A DNA stretch of 64,000 nt from Oscillospiraceae bacterium (GCA_015064625.1 SVRW01000007.1:19794-83793), one strand, 5' to 3'; counted from the stretch's first letter, positions 17,723 to 26,410 are shown. The notes: generated by a model not told the origin, from the sequence alone. Translations and numbers: made by a program.

Positions 17723-17737
17723 TTTAAGGATGAAAAA

Positions 17738-18658
17738 ATGGACTTGAATAACGAAAAAAGTATTACCGCTACAGGACTTGATGAATATTTTATAGTGCCT
17801 AAAAAGGTTATGAATTGCATAAAAGGGATGAATGAAGGCGAGATCAAGCTGTTTTTATACCTTTGTGCCAATGGGAGCTGTACCACCTCGGAAGCCGCTT
17901 CTGCTCTCGGAATGTCCAAGGATGAATTTGAAGCCGCAGTAGGATATCTTCGTGGAGCAAGACTCTTTGAGGTTTCAAAATCTTCTGACGAGCCTAAAAA
18001 GAAAATGGCTCAGGCTTCCCTTATTCAGAGCTACGACGGTGAGATTATCGCTGACGCTCTTGAGAAAAATGAGGAATTCAAATTCGTTGCATCCGTTGCG
18101 GCAGAATGTCTCGGGAAGGCTAACCTTAACAGAAATGACCTTAATTCCTTGTATAATCTTTTTGATTACGTAGGCCTTGATGCAAAATTCATTTGCGGGG
18201 TTATTCATTATTGCGTTGAAAAAGGTAAAACTTCCATGCAATACATAATGAAAACCGCCCTTTCACTTTCCGATTCGGGCGTGAATACATATGAACAGCT
18301 TGAAGACTATCTGAAACAAAAAGAAGAAGCGAATACGGAGATTTCAAAATTCAAATCTCTTTGCGGATTCGGCAACAGGGCTCTTTCTTCAAAGGAAGAA
18401 AAATTCTTTACCCGTTGGTTTGAAGAAATGCGTTATGGCTTTGAGGTGGTAAGACTGGCTTACGAAGTGACGGTTGATAAAACTCACGAAATCAATTTCA
18501 ATTATATGGGGAAAATCCTCGAAAATTGGTTTGCCGCAGGTCACAGAAGCGTTGCGGATATAAAGAATAATTCCAGAAAGCCTTCGGGAAAAGCAACCTC
18601 CGATAGCTTTGAAGTGGATGATTTTGTTGCCGCTGCTCTGAAAAAAAGCGGATATTGA
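17738..18658 (+). CDS. DnaD-domain replication protein
   Basis: Two DnaD-like repeats (FICGVIHYCVEKGKTSMQYIMKTALSL ; VVRLAYEVTVDKTHEINFNYMGKILENW). Confidence 0.7.
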   Translation: MDLNNEKSITATGLDEYFIVPKKVMNCIKGMNEGEIKLFLYLCANGSCTTSEAASALGMSKDEFEAAVGYLRGARLFEVSKSSDEPKKKMAQASLIQSYDGEIIADALEKNEEFKFVASVAAECLGKANLNRNDLNSLYNLFDYVGLDAKFICGVIHYCVEKGKTSMQYIMKTALSLSDSGVNTYEQLEDYLKQKEEANTEISKFKSLCGFGNRALSSKEEKFFTRWFEEMRYGFEVVRLAYEVTVDKTHEINFNYMGKILENWFAAGHRSVADIKNNSRKPSGKATSDSFEVDDFVAAALKKSGY

Positions 18659-18676
18659 TAAAGGCGGAGAAATATT

Positions 18677-19495
18677 ATGGATCTTTTTAACTCTAATGCA
18701 AACGAATCGGAAAAGTCCTTTTTGAAAAACAGAATGAGGGCAATCTTCGGTTCAACGGAAATGCTGGTTCATGGAATAATAAAAATTATTCTGGCATTGT
18801 TTTTTATCATAGGTGGGTTTTCTTCCCACGTTGCGTGGATGGGTGGCGTTTTCTTTCTGCTTTCTGCTGCATCAACTTTTCTGATGTTTTCCAAAATGCA
18901 GGGAGAGAGAAAATATTCTCCTATAGGCGCAAAGATGTATTCTATACTGACTTTGATAGAAAGTATTTTTATAAAAGTTTATCTTCTTACGTACTGCGTA
19001 TTTCTCCTTACCGCTATGTTTGGCTGGAGCTTATTTGGAAAAGCAACGGAAGCGGCGGCTATTCCCGCTTATAAAATGGGTTTCTTTTGTATTGTTGCAA
19101 TTATTTGTGTTTTAATTGTTTTTTCAATGGTTTCGGTTTACTTAAAGCAACAAAGAAAGTTTGCGGAAAATATTTTTGATTGTGTTGATGCACAGCTTGT
19201 TTTCTTCAGCACGGAGAGAAAATACGCTATGAGAAGCTTTGTATATGCGTTACTCGTTTTTATGTATAACATATTCAAAATGCTTTGCCCGTCCTGGTAC
19301 AGACTTAACGTTCTCCCTGCTAAATTTGCAGAATATCTTGACAGCGGTATAATTATCGAAAAATACGGTGTATTCACTTTTTTGGCGTTACTTCTTTTAA
19401 GCGTTCACTTGGTGCTTTCGGGAAGGCTTGCCGCAAATTATATGATGGTTGTAAGAAAGCTGAAAAAGAAGATTGACGAAAGACACGCAAGTTGA
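18677..19495 (+). CDS. Polytopic membrane protein of unknown function
   Basis: About 6 hydrophobic segments. No family recognised. Confidence 0.5.
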   Translation: MDLFNSNANESEKSFLKNRMRAIFGSTEMLVHGIIKIILALFFIIGGFSSHVAWMGGVFFLLSAASTFLMFSKMQGERKYSPIGAKMYSILTLIESIFIKVYLLTYCVFLLTAMFGWSLFGKATEAAAIPAYKMGFFCIVAIICVLIVFSMVSVYLKQQRKFAENIFDCVDAQLVFFSTERKYAMRSFVYALLVFMYNIFKMLCPSWYRLNVLPAKFAEYLDSGIIIEKYGVFTFLALLLLSVHLVLSGRLAANYMMVVRKLKKKIDERHAS

Positions 19496-19596
19496 GCGAA
19501 GCTCCACTTCGCAATGAAATCCACTTTCAGTGGATGAAATCGCTCAAGGCGGTGAAATTCACCTTCGGTGAATGAAATGTTGCAAAGCAACGTTGA
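19496..19596 (+). repeat. Tandem array of five mini-hairpins with an 18-20-nt period
   Basis: GCGAAG-ctcca-CTTCGC; ATCCACT-ttc-AGTGGAT; ATCGC-tcaag-GCGGT; ATTCACC-ttc-GGTGAAT; ATGTTGC-aaa-GCAACGT. Units are separated by GAA. Stem sequences differ but pairing is maintained. Confidence 0.85.
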
Positions 19597-19623
19597 GGAA
19601 AATTTTCTCCCTGCGGTCGAAAA
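19597..19623 (+). repeat. 26-28-nt box, copy 1 of 5 (GGAAAATTTTCTCCCTGCGGTCGAAAA)
   Basis: Same box as at 38226, 38354, 57841 and 57911. Confidence 0.8.
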
Positions 19624-19681
19624 TATTTTATTATATAATTTTTGTGAGTGCTACCTTTAATAAACGAGAAAGACTTATATC

Positions 19682-20539
19682 ATGAAAATGAATTTTACCA
19701 AAATGCATGGATTGGGGAACGATTATATTTACGTTTATTGCCCTGATAAAGAGCCGTCTGATCCGAATGAAATATCAAGACTTGTATCAAAACGACATTT
19801 TTCCATTGGAAGCGATGGACTTGTTCTTATCTGTTCTTCAAAAATTGCAGATGCGAAAATGCGTATGTTCAATGCCGACGGAAGCGAAGGTGGAATGTGC
19901 GGTAACGCTGTAAGGTGCGTTGGAAAATATCTGTACGATTTTGGCATAATAAAAAAGAAAGAGGTTTCCATAGAAACTCTTTCGGGGATAAAGTATCTGA
20001 CATTAAATATTGGTGATGACGGATTGGTTGAAAGCGTTTCCGTGGATATGGGAAAAGCAAGCTTTGATCCCAAGGTTATTCCCACGGTGTTTGAGGGAGA
20101 GGCTATTGATAAGATCATCACGGTAAAAGGAAAAGAATATAAAATAACTGCGCTGTCTACCGGTAGTGCTCACTGTGTTATCTTTGAAAAGGATGTTTTT
20201 TCTCTTGATATATCTGAAATCGGTCCTTTGTTCGAAAATCACGAAGTGTTCCCGCAACGTGTAAATACCGAATTTATTGAATGTACAGATGAAACAAACA
20301 TCAATATGCGAGTTTGGGAAAAGGGGAGCGGTGAGACGTTGGCTTGCGGAACGGGTGCTTGCGCTTCCGTAGCATCATCTGTTCGCCTTGGAAAATGTAA
20401 AGCAGGCGTTCCCGTTACGGTTCACCTGATAGGCGGAGAGCTTGAAATTATCTGTAATGAGGATTATTCAATAATTATGAGAGGGAAAGCGGAAACGGTT
20501 TTCCACGGCGTTATTGATATCCCCGATGAATTGATGTGA
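19682..20539 (+). CDS. dapF: Diaminopimelate epimerase
   Basis: FTKMHGLGNDYIY, FNADGSEGGMCGNAVRC and GETLACGTGACA (both catalytic Cys motifs). Confidence 0.92.
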   Translation: MKMNFTKMHGLGNDYIYVYCPDKEPSDPNEISRLVSKRHFSIGSDGLVLICSSKIADAKMRMFNADGSEGGMCGNAVRCVGKYLYDFGIIKKKEVSIETLSGIKYLTLNIGDDGLVESVSVDMGKASFDPKVIPTVFEGEAIDKIITVKGKEYKITALSTGSAHCVIFEKDVFSLDISEIGPLFENHEVFPQRVNTEFIECTDETNINMRVWEKGSGETLACGTGACASVASSVRLGKCKAGVPVTVHLIGGELEIICNEDYSIIMRGKAETVFHGVIDIPDELM

Positions 20540-20553
20540 AAATAATTTAATTT

Positions 20554-20600
20554 ATGGGGCGTTGCACTGATTTGGTTAGTGTAACAGCCCCATGAGTTTT
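20554..20600 (+). terminator. Probable dapF terminator
   Basis: ATGGGGC...GCCCCAT stem, extendable to about 14 bp with one bulge, followed by GAGTTTTAT. Confidence 0.55.
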
Positions 20601-20727
20601 ATATGATTGTTCAACGCTTTAAAATAGCTTGTCGTTTACAAAAATTAAAATCAAATTCTGCAACATATTACGTTATATTTTTACACGTTATGAAATGTTG
20701 CGAGTGTATTTAGTTGTTTTATTTACA

Positions 20728-20795
20728 CAAGCCTATTATGCTGATGATATATATAATTTTACCGATTGGTAAGGTTGCACAAACCAATCGGTAAA
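20728..20795. repeat. 68-bp repeat, copy A, directly 3' of the yafQ stop
   Basis: CAAGCCTATTATGCTGATGATATATATAATTTTACCGATTGGTAAGGTTGCACAAACCAATCGGTAAA. Contains a 13-bp perfect hairpin (TTTACCGATTGGT / ACCAATCGGTAAA). Confidence 0.95.
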
Positions 20796-20797
20796 AA

Positions 20798-21070
20798 TTA
20801 AAACAAATCGCTATGAGTTCCTGTGCGAGAAAGAATCAATACAACTTCTGATTCGTCTATGCGGTATATCAATAACCAATCAGGCAATATATGACATTCT
20901 CTGAATCCGACATAATTTCCTGTCAACGAATGATCTCTATACTTTTCTTCCAATGGAATGTTGCTTGCTAAATTTTCTACTACTTTGTCAAGCAAATCCA
21001 AGTCATATCCTCGTTTCGATATAACCTTCAAGTCTTTTTTGAAGCGATTGGATAATACTATGTCAAGCAT
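20798..21070 (-). CDS. yafQ: Type II toxin, YafQ family (RelE superfamily mRNA interferase)
   Basis: FKKDLKVISKRGYDLDLL...YRDHSLTGNYVGFRECHILPDWLLIYRIDE...LSRTGTHSDLF is the YafQ signature. Confidence 0.88.
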   Translation of the reverse strand: MLDIVLSNRFKKDLKVISKRGYDLDLLDKVVENLASNIPLEEKYRDHSLTGNYVGFRECHILPDWLLIYRIDESEVVLILSRTGTHSDLF

Positions 21071-21359
21071 TTTCTAACACATCTTTTACAGCAGATTTAA
21101 AATCAGGATATCGCTTATATTTTTCGGGATGAGCTTTCATTTCGTAATATTCATTCATCGCTGCTATTGTATCTGCGTTAGGAGTTCTTGTGGATATATC
21201 AAAAGGAATTCTTTGTTCTCTTACCACGGTTTTAGCAAAGATATTAAAAGCTGCACTAACGGAAATCCCAATTTCATTGCAGAAAGCATCGAACGCTTTT
21301 TTTGTTTCTTCGTCAAGGCGAATATTAACATTTGTCTGCGCCATGCGTTTTTCCACCAC
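21063..21359 (-). CDS. dinJ: Type II antitoxin, RelB/DinJ family
   Basis: NVNIRLDEETKKAFDAFCNEIGISVSAAFNIFAKTVVREQRIPF (DinJ RHH). 8-nt overlap with yafQ. Confidence 0.88.
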   Translation of the reverse strand: MVEKRMAQTNVNIRLDEETKKAFDAFCNEIGISVSAAFNIFAKTVVREQRIPFDISTRTPNADTIAAMNEYYEMKAHPEKYKRYPDFKSAVKDVLENA

Positions 21360-21370
21360 CTTTCTATTAT

Positions 21371-21399
21371 ATTATATATAATTTGTATGTATTTGTCAA
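21371..21399 (-). promoter_or_regulatory. Sigma-A promoter of dinJ-yafQ
   Basis: On the minus strand: TTGACA (21399-21394), 17-nt spacer, TATAAT (21376-21371). Confidence 0.7.
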
Positions 21400-21543
21400 T
21401 ATAATTTATGGCGTTTGAAAAACAATTTATAAAATTTTTTTAAATCGGTTGCTTTTTGCGGTTTCAAAAAGCTTCATTTTCTCTTATCTATTCTCTCTCA
21501 TTTTTTATCTGTTCATTCAATAAAAGATTTATTGAATAAGCAT

Positions 21544-21609
21544 CAAGCCTATTATGCTGATGATATATAATTTTACCGATTGGTAAGGTTGCACAAACCA
21601 ATCGGTAAA
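21544..21609. repeat. 66-bp repeat, copy B, directly 3' of the HTH gene stop
   Basis: Identical to copy A except for one TA unit fewer in the (TA)n tract. Confidence 0.95.
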
Positions 21610-21616
21610 TAGTAAT

Positions 21617-21850
21617 TCAATGACTTTCAGGACCAAACTCTACTTTTAATTGCATTCCCATCCCTTCAGCAAGTCGTATTAAGGTACGTAAGGAAGGGTT
21701 AGCGTTTCCCTTTTCCAACTTACTGATATCACCTTGGGCAATTCCTGTAATCTTGGACAATTCCTTTTGTGTCATTCCTGAAGCGTGTCTTGCCTCAATC
21801 AATGCTTGTACAATTTCGTCTACTTCAACAGTATAGGTTGTGTTACTCAT
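21617..21850 (-). CDS. XRE-family helix-turn-helix protein (HigA/antitoxin- or regulator-like)
   Basis: MTQKELSKITGIAQGDISKLEKGNANPSLRTLIRLAEGMG. Start taken at MSNTTY (21850), which overlaps the upstream stop by 8 nt (ATGAGTAA). The ORF track's longer version begins at 21910. Confidence 0.8.
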   Translation of the reverse strand: MSNTTYTVEVDEIVQALIEARHASGMTQKELSKITGIAQGDISKLEKGNANPSLRTLIRLAEGMGMQLKVEFGPESH

Positions 21851-22061
21851 CGGTTCCAATGCTCTCCCAATCGATGTCTTCTGCATCAACGTAACCGCTT
21901 TTTTCTGCATCCTCTATTTTCTTTGCTTCCTCTGCGGTAACTTTAGTAAAATCCGGATCCCAAGCAAGAACTAATTTTTTGATAAACTCGTAAGCAAACG
22001 CCTTGTCTGCTTCTGGAAGTACATCCATTAAGCGTGCTGCTTCAATTACAATACTTGACAT
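21843..22061 (-). CDS. Small acidic protein (72 aa), candidate antitoxin/adaptor of a three-gene TA module
   Basis: AGGAGGAG RBS about 7 nt upstream of the ATG at 22061. Acidic C-terminus (EDAEKSGYVDAEDIDWESIGTDE). No family recognised. Confidence 0.6.
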   Translation of the reverse strand: MSSIVIEAARLMDVLPEADKAFAYEFIKKLVLAWDPDFTKVTAEEAKKIEDAEKSGYVDAEDIDWESIGTDE

Positions 22062-22074
22062 ATAAGACTCCTCC

Positions 22075-22344
22075 TTATTTGTATATATCTCCGCGATTGC
22101 CAATATCGATTACAAAGCTGATCTCTACCGTTTCTTCATTTTCGTGTCTATAGATAATTCTCCACGATCCAACACGGAGTCGTTTCCTTCCGTCGTTGTA
22201 GCCCTGCATCGTTTTGATATCTCCAACTGGCGGATTATAAGTCAATCCCGTAATAGCATCACGGATTCTACCAACAGATTTTTTGTCTAATTTTTACAGA
22301 AATTTCAGTGCATCTTTCGAATATCTGATTTTAATTTCATTCAT
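22075..22344 (-). pseudogene. RelE/ParE-family toxin gene interrupted by an in-frame TAA at codon 17
   Basis: My minus-strand translation: MNEIKIRYSKDALKFL*KLDKKSVGRIRDAITGLTYNPPVGDIKTMQGYNDGRKRLRVGSWRIIYRHENEETVEISFVIDIGNRGDIYK. The stop is at 22294-22296. The LRVGxxRIIY...IGxRxDIY core is typical of RelE/ParE. Missing from the ORF track because of the stop. Confidence 0.85.
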
Positions 22345-22387
22345 CTATTATTCTCCGTGAAAATGAAATATTTTATTCTACACCTGT

Positions 22388-22416
22388 ATTATATAGGATT
22401 TATCCTATTTTGCCAA
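22388..22416 (-). promoter_or_regulatory. Promoter with embedded palindromic operator for the three-gene TA module
   Basis: On the minus strand: TTGGCA (22416-22411), 17-nt spacer, TATAAT (22393-22388). The spacer holds the palindrome TAGGATAAATCCTA (22394-22407). Confidence 0.65.
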
Positions 22417-22448
22417 CGTTTTTTTGAAAATCAAAATCTCAATTTCTT

Positions 22449-23486
22449 TCATATAATCAGCATCGCGTCGCCGAAGCTGAAGAAGCGGTACTGCTTTTCC
22501 ACGGCTTCGCGGTATGCGTTCATGGCGTTGTCATAGCCTGCGAAGGCGGATATGAGCATAAGCAAGGTGCTTTGGGGAAGGTGAAAGTTAGTAATCAGCG
22601 CATCGATACCCTTGAAGGTATAGCCTGGGTATATAAATATTCCCGTATCTCCGCTATATGCATGGATAACGCGGTTTTCATCAGCTACGGACTCAAGGGT
22701 TCTGCAAGAAGTTGTTCCTACAGCAATTACTCGTCCGCCTTTTTTGCGGACGTTGTTTATTTTGTCAGCGGCTTCTTGTGTGACTTCGATATACTCTTTA
22801 TGCATTTTATGATCTAAAATATTTTCTTCCTTTACAGGTCGGAAAGTACCAAGACCAACGTGGAGTAAGATTTCAACCACCTCAACGCCTTTTTCTTTTA
22901 TCCTTGCGAGAAGCTCGTTTGTGAAGTGAAGTCCCGCAGTTGGTGCGGCGGCAGAGCCTTTATGGAGGGCATAGACTGTTTGATAGCGTTCTTTGTCCTC
23001 CAATTTTTTCGTAATGTATGGGGGAAGGGGCATAGCTCCTATTTTATCAAGAACGGAATAAAATTCTGTATCCATATTGAATTCGATAAGGCGAACGCCA
23101 TCTTCGATAACGTTCAATATCTTTCCCGAAAGACCTTCGGGATATTCAATAACGTCTCCGATTCTTGCCTTTTTGCCAGGCTTGACGAGACATTGCCATA
23201 CGTTACCCGATACTTTTTCCCTTGATAAAAGCACAGTTTCAATTTCACCCGCACGACGTGGATTTTTCCCGAAGATTCGCGCAGGAATAACCCTTGTGTT
23301 ATTGATAACAAGGCAATCTCCTTCTTTTAGATAATCGAGAATATCGAAAAAATGCTTATGCTCACGATTTCCCGTTTCTTTGTTAATAACGAGCAATCGG
23401 GAGTTATCTCTTTTTTCTGCAGGTGATTGAGCGATAAGCTCCTCGGGTAAAAAATAATCGTAGGTTGAAAGCTTTGTAAAGTCCAT
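22449..23486 (-). CDS. queA: S-adenosylmethionine:tRNA ribosyltransferase-isomerase
   Basis: [31 protein letters not shown]...[13 protein letters not shown] and [10 protein letters not shown]. Confidence 0.92.
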   Translation of the reverse strand: MDFTKLSTYDYFLPEELIAQSPAEKRDNSRLLVINKETGNREHKHFFDILDYLKEGDCLVINNTRVIPARIFGKNPRRAGEIETVLLSREKVSGNVWQCLVKPGKKARIGDVIEYPEGLSGKILNVIEDGVRLIEFNMDTEFYSVLDKIGAMPLPPYITKKLEDKERYQTVYALHKGSAAAPTAGLHFTNELLARIKEKGVEVVEILLHVGLGTFRPVKEENILDHKMHKEYIEVTQEAADKINNVRKKGGRVIAVGTTSCRTLESVADENRVIHAYSGDTGIFIYPGYTFKGIDALITNFHLPQSTLLMLISAFAGYDNAMNAYREAVEKQYRFFSFGDAMLII

Positions 23487-23659
23487 AAAATAAACCGTTC
23501 CTATATATAAAAAGTAATAGCAATATTGGCAAACACAAAATACAATAATAATGTGCCGAAAGTATTATATAGCAAAACCTTTAAAAAAGCAATAGCAAAA
23601 AGCGAGGCTTTTTTGAAGTGATTTTTCGGTGAGTAAATAATAAAGGAGTATAGTGTTTT

Positions 23660-24535
23660 GTGAAAAAAACTATTTTTAAAGGTATCGGAACAGCATTGAT
23701 AACACCCTTTCGTGAAGGTAAGGTGGATTACGTTTCACTTGCCAACCTTATTGAGCTACAGATTTTTTCAGGCGTTGATGCTATAATAGCTTGCGGAACT
23801 ACGGGTGAAGCTTCAACCCTTTCAATAGCGGAGCAGGAGGGGGTTATTAAATTTGCAATAAAGATAACCGCAGGCAGAGTTCCCCTTATTGCAGGTGTGG
23901 GAAGTAATGATTATCAGAAGGCAAAGCATTTAGCAGAATTTGCATCAAAAGAAGGAGCGGACGGACTTCTTGCCGTAACCCCTTATTATAATAAAGGAAC
24001 GGAAAAAGGTATTTTACAGTATTATAGCGGTCTTGCAAACGTATCTGAAGGCAAGGTAATTGCATATAACGTTCCAACGAGAACTGGAGTCAGTATTACG
24101 CCTGAGATGTACGGAAAGCTTTGTGATGAAGGGGTTATATGCGGAATCAAAGAGGCAAAAAACGATATGGCGGAAGCGGCGAGAACCTTTGCTTTGTGCG
24201 GAGAAAAGGTAAGCATTTATTCGGGAAACGATAATTTGCTTTTACCTTTTTTGTCGCTGGGCGGTGATGGTTGCATTTCCGTTGCTTCAAATATTATCCC
24301 ATCTGTGATGAGAGAAATATATACGCTGTATACCGAGGGAGAAAAAGAAGAAGCTGCAAAGCTGTTTTTGCATTATTTGAAATTTATGGACGGTCTTTTC
24401 TCTGTGGTTAATCCCGTTCCTGTGAAAAAATGCGCAGAACTTTTAGGAATGTGCGGTGGAGATTTAAGACTTCCACTTACGGAATACGAAGGGGACGCAA
24501 TGGAAAAGCTATTAAAAGAGTATGGTTTAATATAA
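23660..24535 (+). CDS. dapA: 4-hydroxy-tetrahydrodipicolinate synthase (GTG start)
   Basis: GIGTALITPF, ACGTTGEASTLS, YNVPTRTG and the GIKEAKND (active-site Lys) region. Confidence 0.9.
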   Translation: MKKTIFKGIGTALITPFREGKVDYVSLANLIELQIFSGVDAIIACGTTGEASTLSIAEQEGVIKFAIKITAGRVPLIAGVGSNDYQKAKHLAEFASKEGADGLLAVTPYYNKGTEKGILQYYSGLANVSEGKVIAYNVPTRTGVSITPEMYGKLCDEGVICGIKEAKNDMAEAARTFALCGEKVSIYSGNDNLLLPFLSLGGDGCISVASNIIPSVMREIYTLYTEGEKEEAAKLFLHYLKFMDGLFSVVNPVPVKKCAELLGMCGGDLRLPLTEYEGDAMEKLLKEYGLI

Positions 24536-24560
24536 GGGAGCGAAAAAAGCTCCCTTTTAT
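24534..24560 (+). terminator. dapA intrinsic terminator
   Basis: AAGGGAGC-gaaaaaa-GCTCCCTT followed by TTAT. Confidence 0.75.
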
Positions 24561-24562
24561 TC

Positions 24563-24592
24563 TTGACAGAAAGCCTTTATATGTGTTATAAT
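24563..24592 (+). promoter_or_regulatory. Sigma-A promoter of the sugar ABC operon
   Basis: TTGACA (24563-24568), 18-nt spacer, TGT-extended TATAAT (24587-24592). Confidence 0.65.
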
Positions 24593-24632
24593 TTGGGAAA
24601 ATGTTAGTTTTTAGCCTATTTTGGAGAAGTAT

Positions 24633-25526
24633 ATGAAAAAGAATGATTTAAAAGGCTGGCTTTATTTATTACCCGCTTTTTTGTTTCTTGGCGTTTTTAT
24701 GGTTTATCCTCTTATAGACGTGTTTATTTACTCGTTTGAGGAAGGGTATAATTCTGCGTCACAGACGCATTTCGGGGTGGGGATTTACAATTATTCCTAC
24801 GTGTTGCGTGACCCATATTTTTTGCAGGCGTTGAAAAACACTCTTATACTTGTGTTTATAACCGTACCTGCTTCAACCCTTCTTGCTCTCGCAATATCCG
24901 TTGCTCTGTCATCTGTCAAGAGGATTCGAAACCTTTTTCAGACTATATATTTTCTCCCTTACGTAACGAATACGTTAGCGGTAGGACTCGTATTTATGAT
25001 TCTTTTCCAAAAGAGCGAATATTCTGTGGGACTTGTAAACTCATTTTTGGGGATTTTTGGAATATCTCCCGTTGATTTTATTGAAGGCCCTTATTTCGCC
25101 AAAATGCTTACTCTTTGCATTTATACTGTGTGGACGGTTCTGCCCTTTAAAATTCTCGTTCTGACAACTGCCCTCGCTTCTGTAAACAAGGAATACTACG
25201 AAGCCGCAAAGGTTGATGCAACGCCAAAATTCCGCGTTTTTATGAAGATAACCCTTCCTTCTATATCTTCAACTCTTTCCTATCTTATAATAACGGGGTT
25301 TATCGGCGCATTCAAGGCGTACAGCGATGCGGTTGCTATTTTCGGAACTGATCTGAACGTTGCAGAAATGAATACAATAGTTGGATATATTTACGATATG
25401 CTTTACGGCGACAGTGGGGGATATCCCTCCTTCGCTTCGGCAACGGCAATTATACTTTTTGCTATTGTACTTACCATAACGTGTATAAATCTTGCAGTCA
25501 GCAAGAAACACGTTAAATATCAATGA
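24633..25526 (+). CDS. Carbohydrate ABC transporter permease (MalF/UgpA-like)
   Basis: Six TMs and an EAA-loop-like EYYEAAKVDATPKFRVFMKITLP. Start taken at ATG 24633, which has a GGAG RBS. Confidence 0.8.
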   Translation: MKKNDLKGWLYLLPAFLFLGVFMVYPLIDVFIYSFEEGYNSASQTHFGVGIYNYSYVLRDPYFLQALKNTLILVFITVPASTLLALAISVALSSVKRIRNLFQTIYFLPYVTNTLAVGLVFMILFQKSEYSVGLVNSFLGIFGISPVDFIEGPYFAKMLTLCIYTVWTVLPFKILVLTTALASVNKEYYEAAKVDATPKFRVFMKITLPSISSTLSYLIITGFIGAFKAYSDAVAIFGTDLNVAEMNTIVGYIYDMLYGDSGGYPSFASATAIILFAIVLTITCINLAVSKKHVKYQ

Positions 25527-26410
25527 AAGGGGGAGCTTCTTTGGAAAAAACTGTTCTTTCAAAAAAGAAAAAAAGCGATGCAAGAGAAAAAACGGGAAAA
25601 GTGTTTATATACGTTCTTCTTGCATTCTGGGCTTTAGTCGTTTTGTTCCCTTTCTATTGGATGGTGCTTTCATCCTTCAAAAGCTACGGAGAATATACGT
25701 CGGAGTATATACCTAAATTTTATTCCGCATCTCCCACCTTTGAAAATTATTTTCAGGCGTTTACCGCAGTTCCTTTGGGAAAATATTTTTTCAACACTCT
25801 TCTTTACACCGTGGTAACTACTGCACTTATGCTTATAGTCAGCATTCTTGCGGCTTTTTCCTTTGCCCGCCTTGAATTCAAGGGTAAGAATTTGGCTTTT
25901 ACCTTGCTTCTGTCCCTTATGATGATTCCCAACGAGCTTGTTGTTATTACAAACTTTGTAACAGTTACCAATCTTGATATGAGAAATACGTTCATGGGAC
26001 TTATTCTCCCTTCGGTAACGTCGGTTTTCTATATTTATCTCCTTAAAGAGAATTTTGCTTCCGTTCCCGATCAGATATATTATGCCGCCAAGGTTGACGG
26101 TGCATCTGATTTCAAATATCTTCTTCGGGTTATAGTTCCCGTATGCAAGCCTACCATAGTTACAGTTACCATACTGAAGGTGGTTGAATGCTGGAATTCA
26201 TACGTTTGGCCAAGACTTATTACGGATGATCAGAATTATTTCCTTGTGTCAAACGGCATACAGGAGATAAGGGAAAACGGCTTCGGCAGAGAAAACGTTC
26301 CCGCTATGATGGCGGCGGTTGTGGTTGTTTCACTTCCTCTTATCGTGTTGTTTCTTATATTCCATAAAAAAATCAGCGCAGGCGTTGCGAGAGGGGGAAT
26401 CAAGGGATGA
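25523..26410 (+). CDS. Carbohydrate ABC transporter permease (MalG/UgpE-like)
   Basis: EAA loop QIYYAAKVDGASDFKYLLRVIVP. ATGA coupling to the upstream permease. Confidence 0.8.
   Translation: MKGGASLEKTVLSKKKKSDAREKTGKVFIYVLLAFWALVVLFPFYWMVLSSFKSYGEYTSEYIPKFYSASPTFENYFQAFTAVPLGKYFFNTLLYTVVTTALMLIVSILAAFSFARLEFKGKNLAFTLLLSLMMIPNELVVITNFVTVTNLDMRNTFMGLILPSVTSVFYIYLLKENFASVPDQIYYAAKVDGASDFKYLLRVIVPVCKPTIVTVTILKVVECWNSYVWPRLITDDQNYFLVSNGIQEIRENGFGRENVPAMMAAVVVVSLPLIVLFLIFHKKISAGVARGGIKG

Noticed and set aside
19496-19623. CRISPR-like array (regularly spaced short palindromes), also considered for 38226-38381
   Set aside because: The period is only 18-20 nt, the palindromes themselves differ, and the conserved part is a 3-7-nt linker. 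There are no 25-40-nt unique spacers and no cas genes in the window.
20728-21609. Integron attC sites / gene cassettes in the strict sense
   Set aside because: There is no intI-like integrase or attI in the window, and I could not find the R'/R'' GTTRRRY-type core in the repeat. The observation is kept as a finding only in the looser sense of a cassette-bounding repeat.
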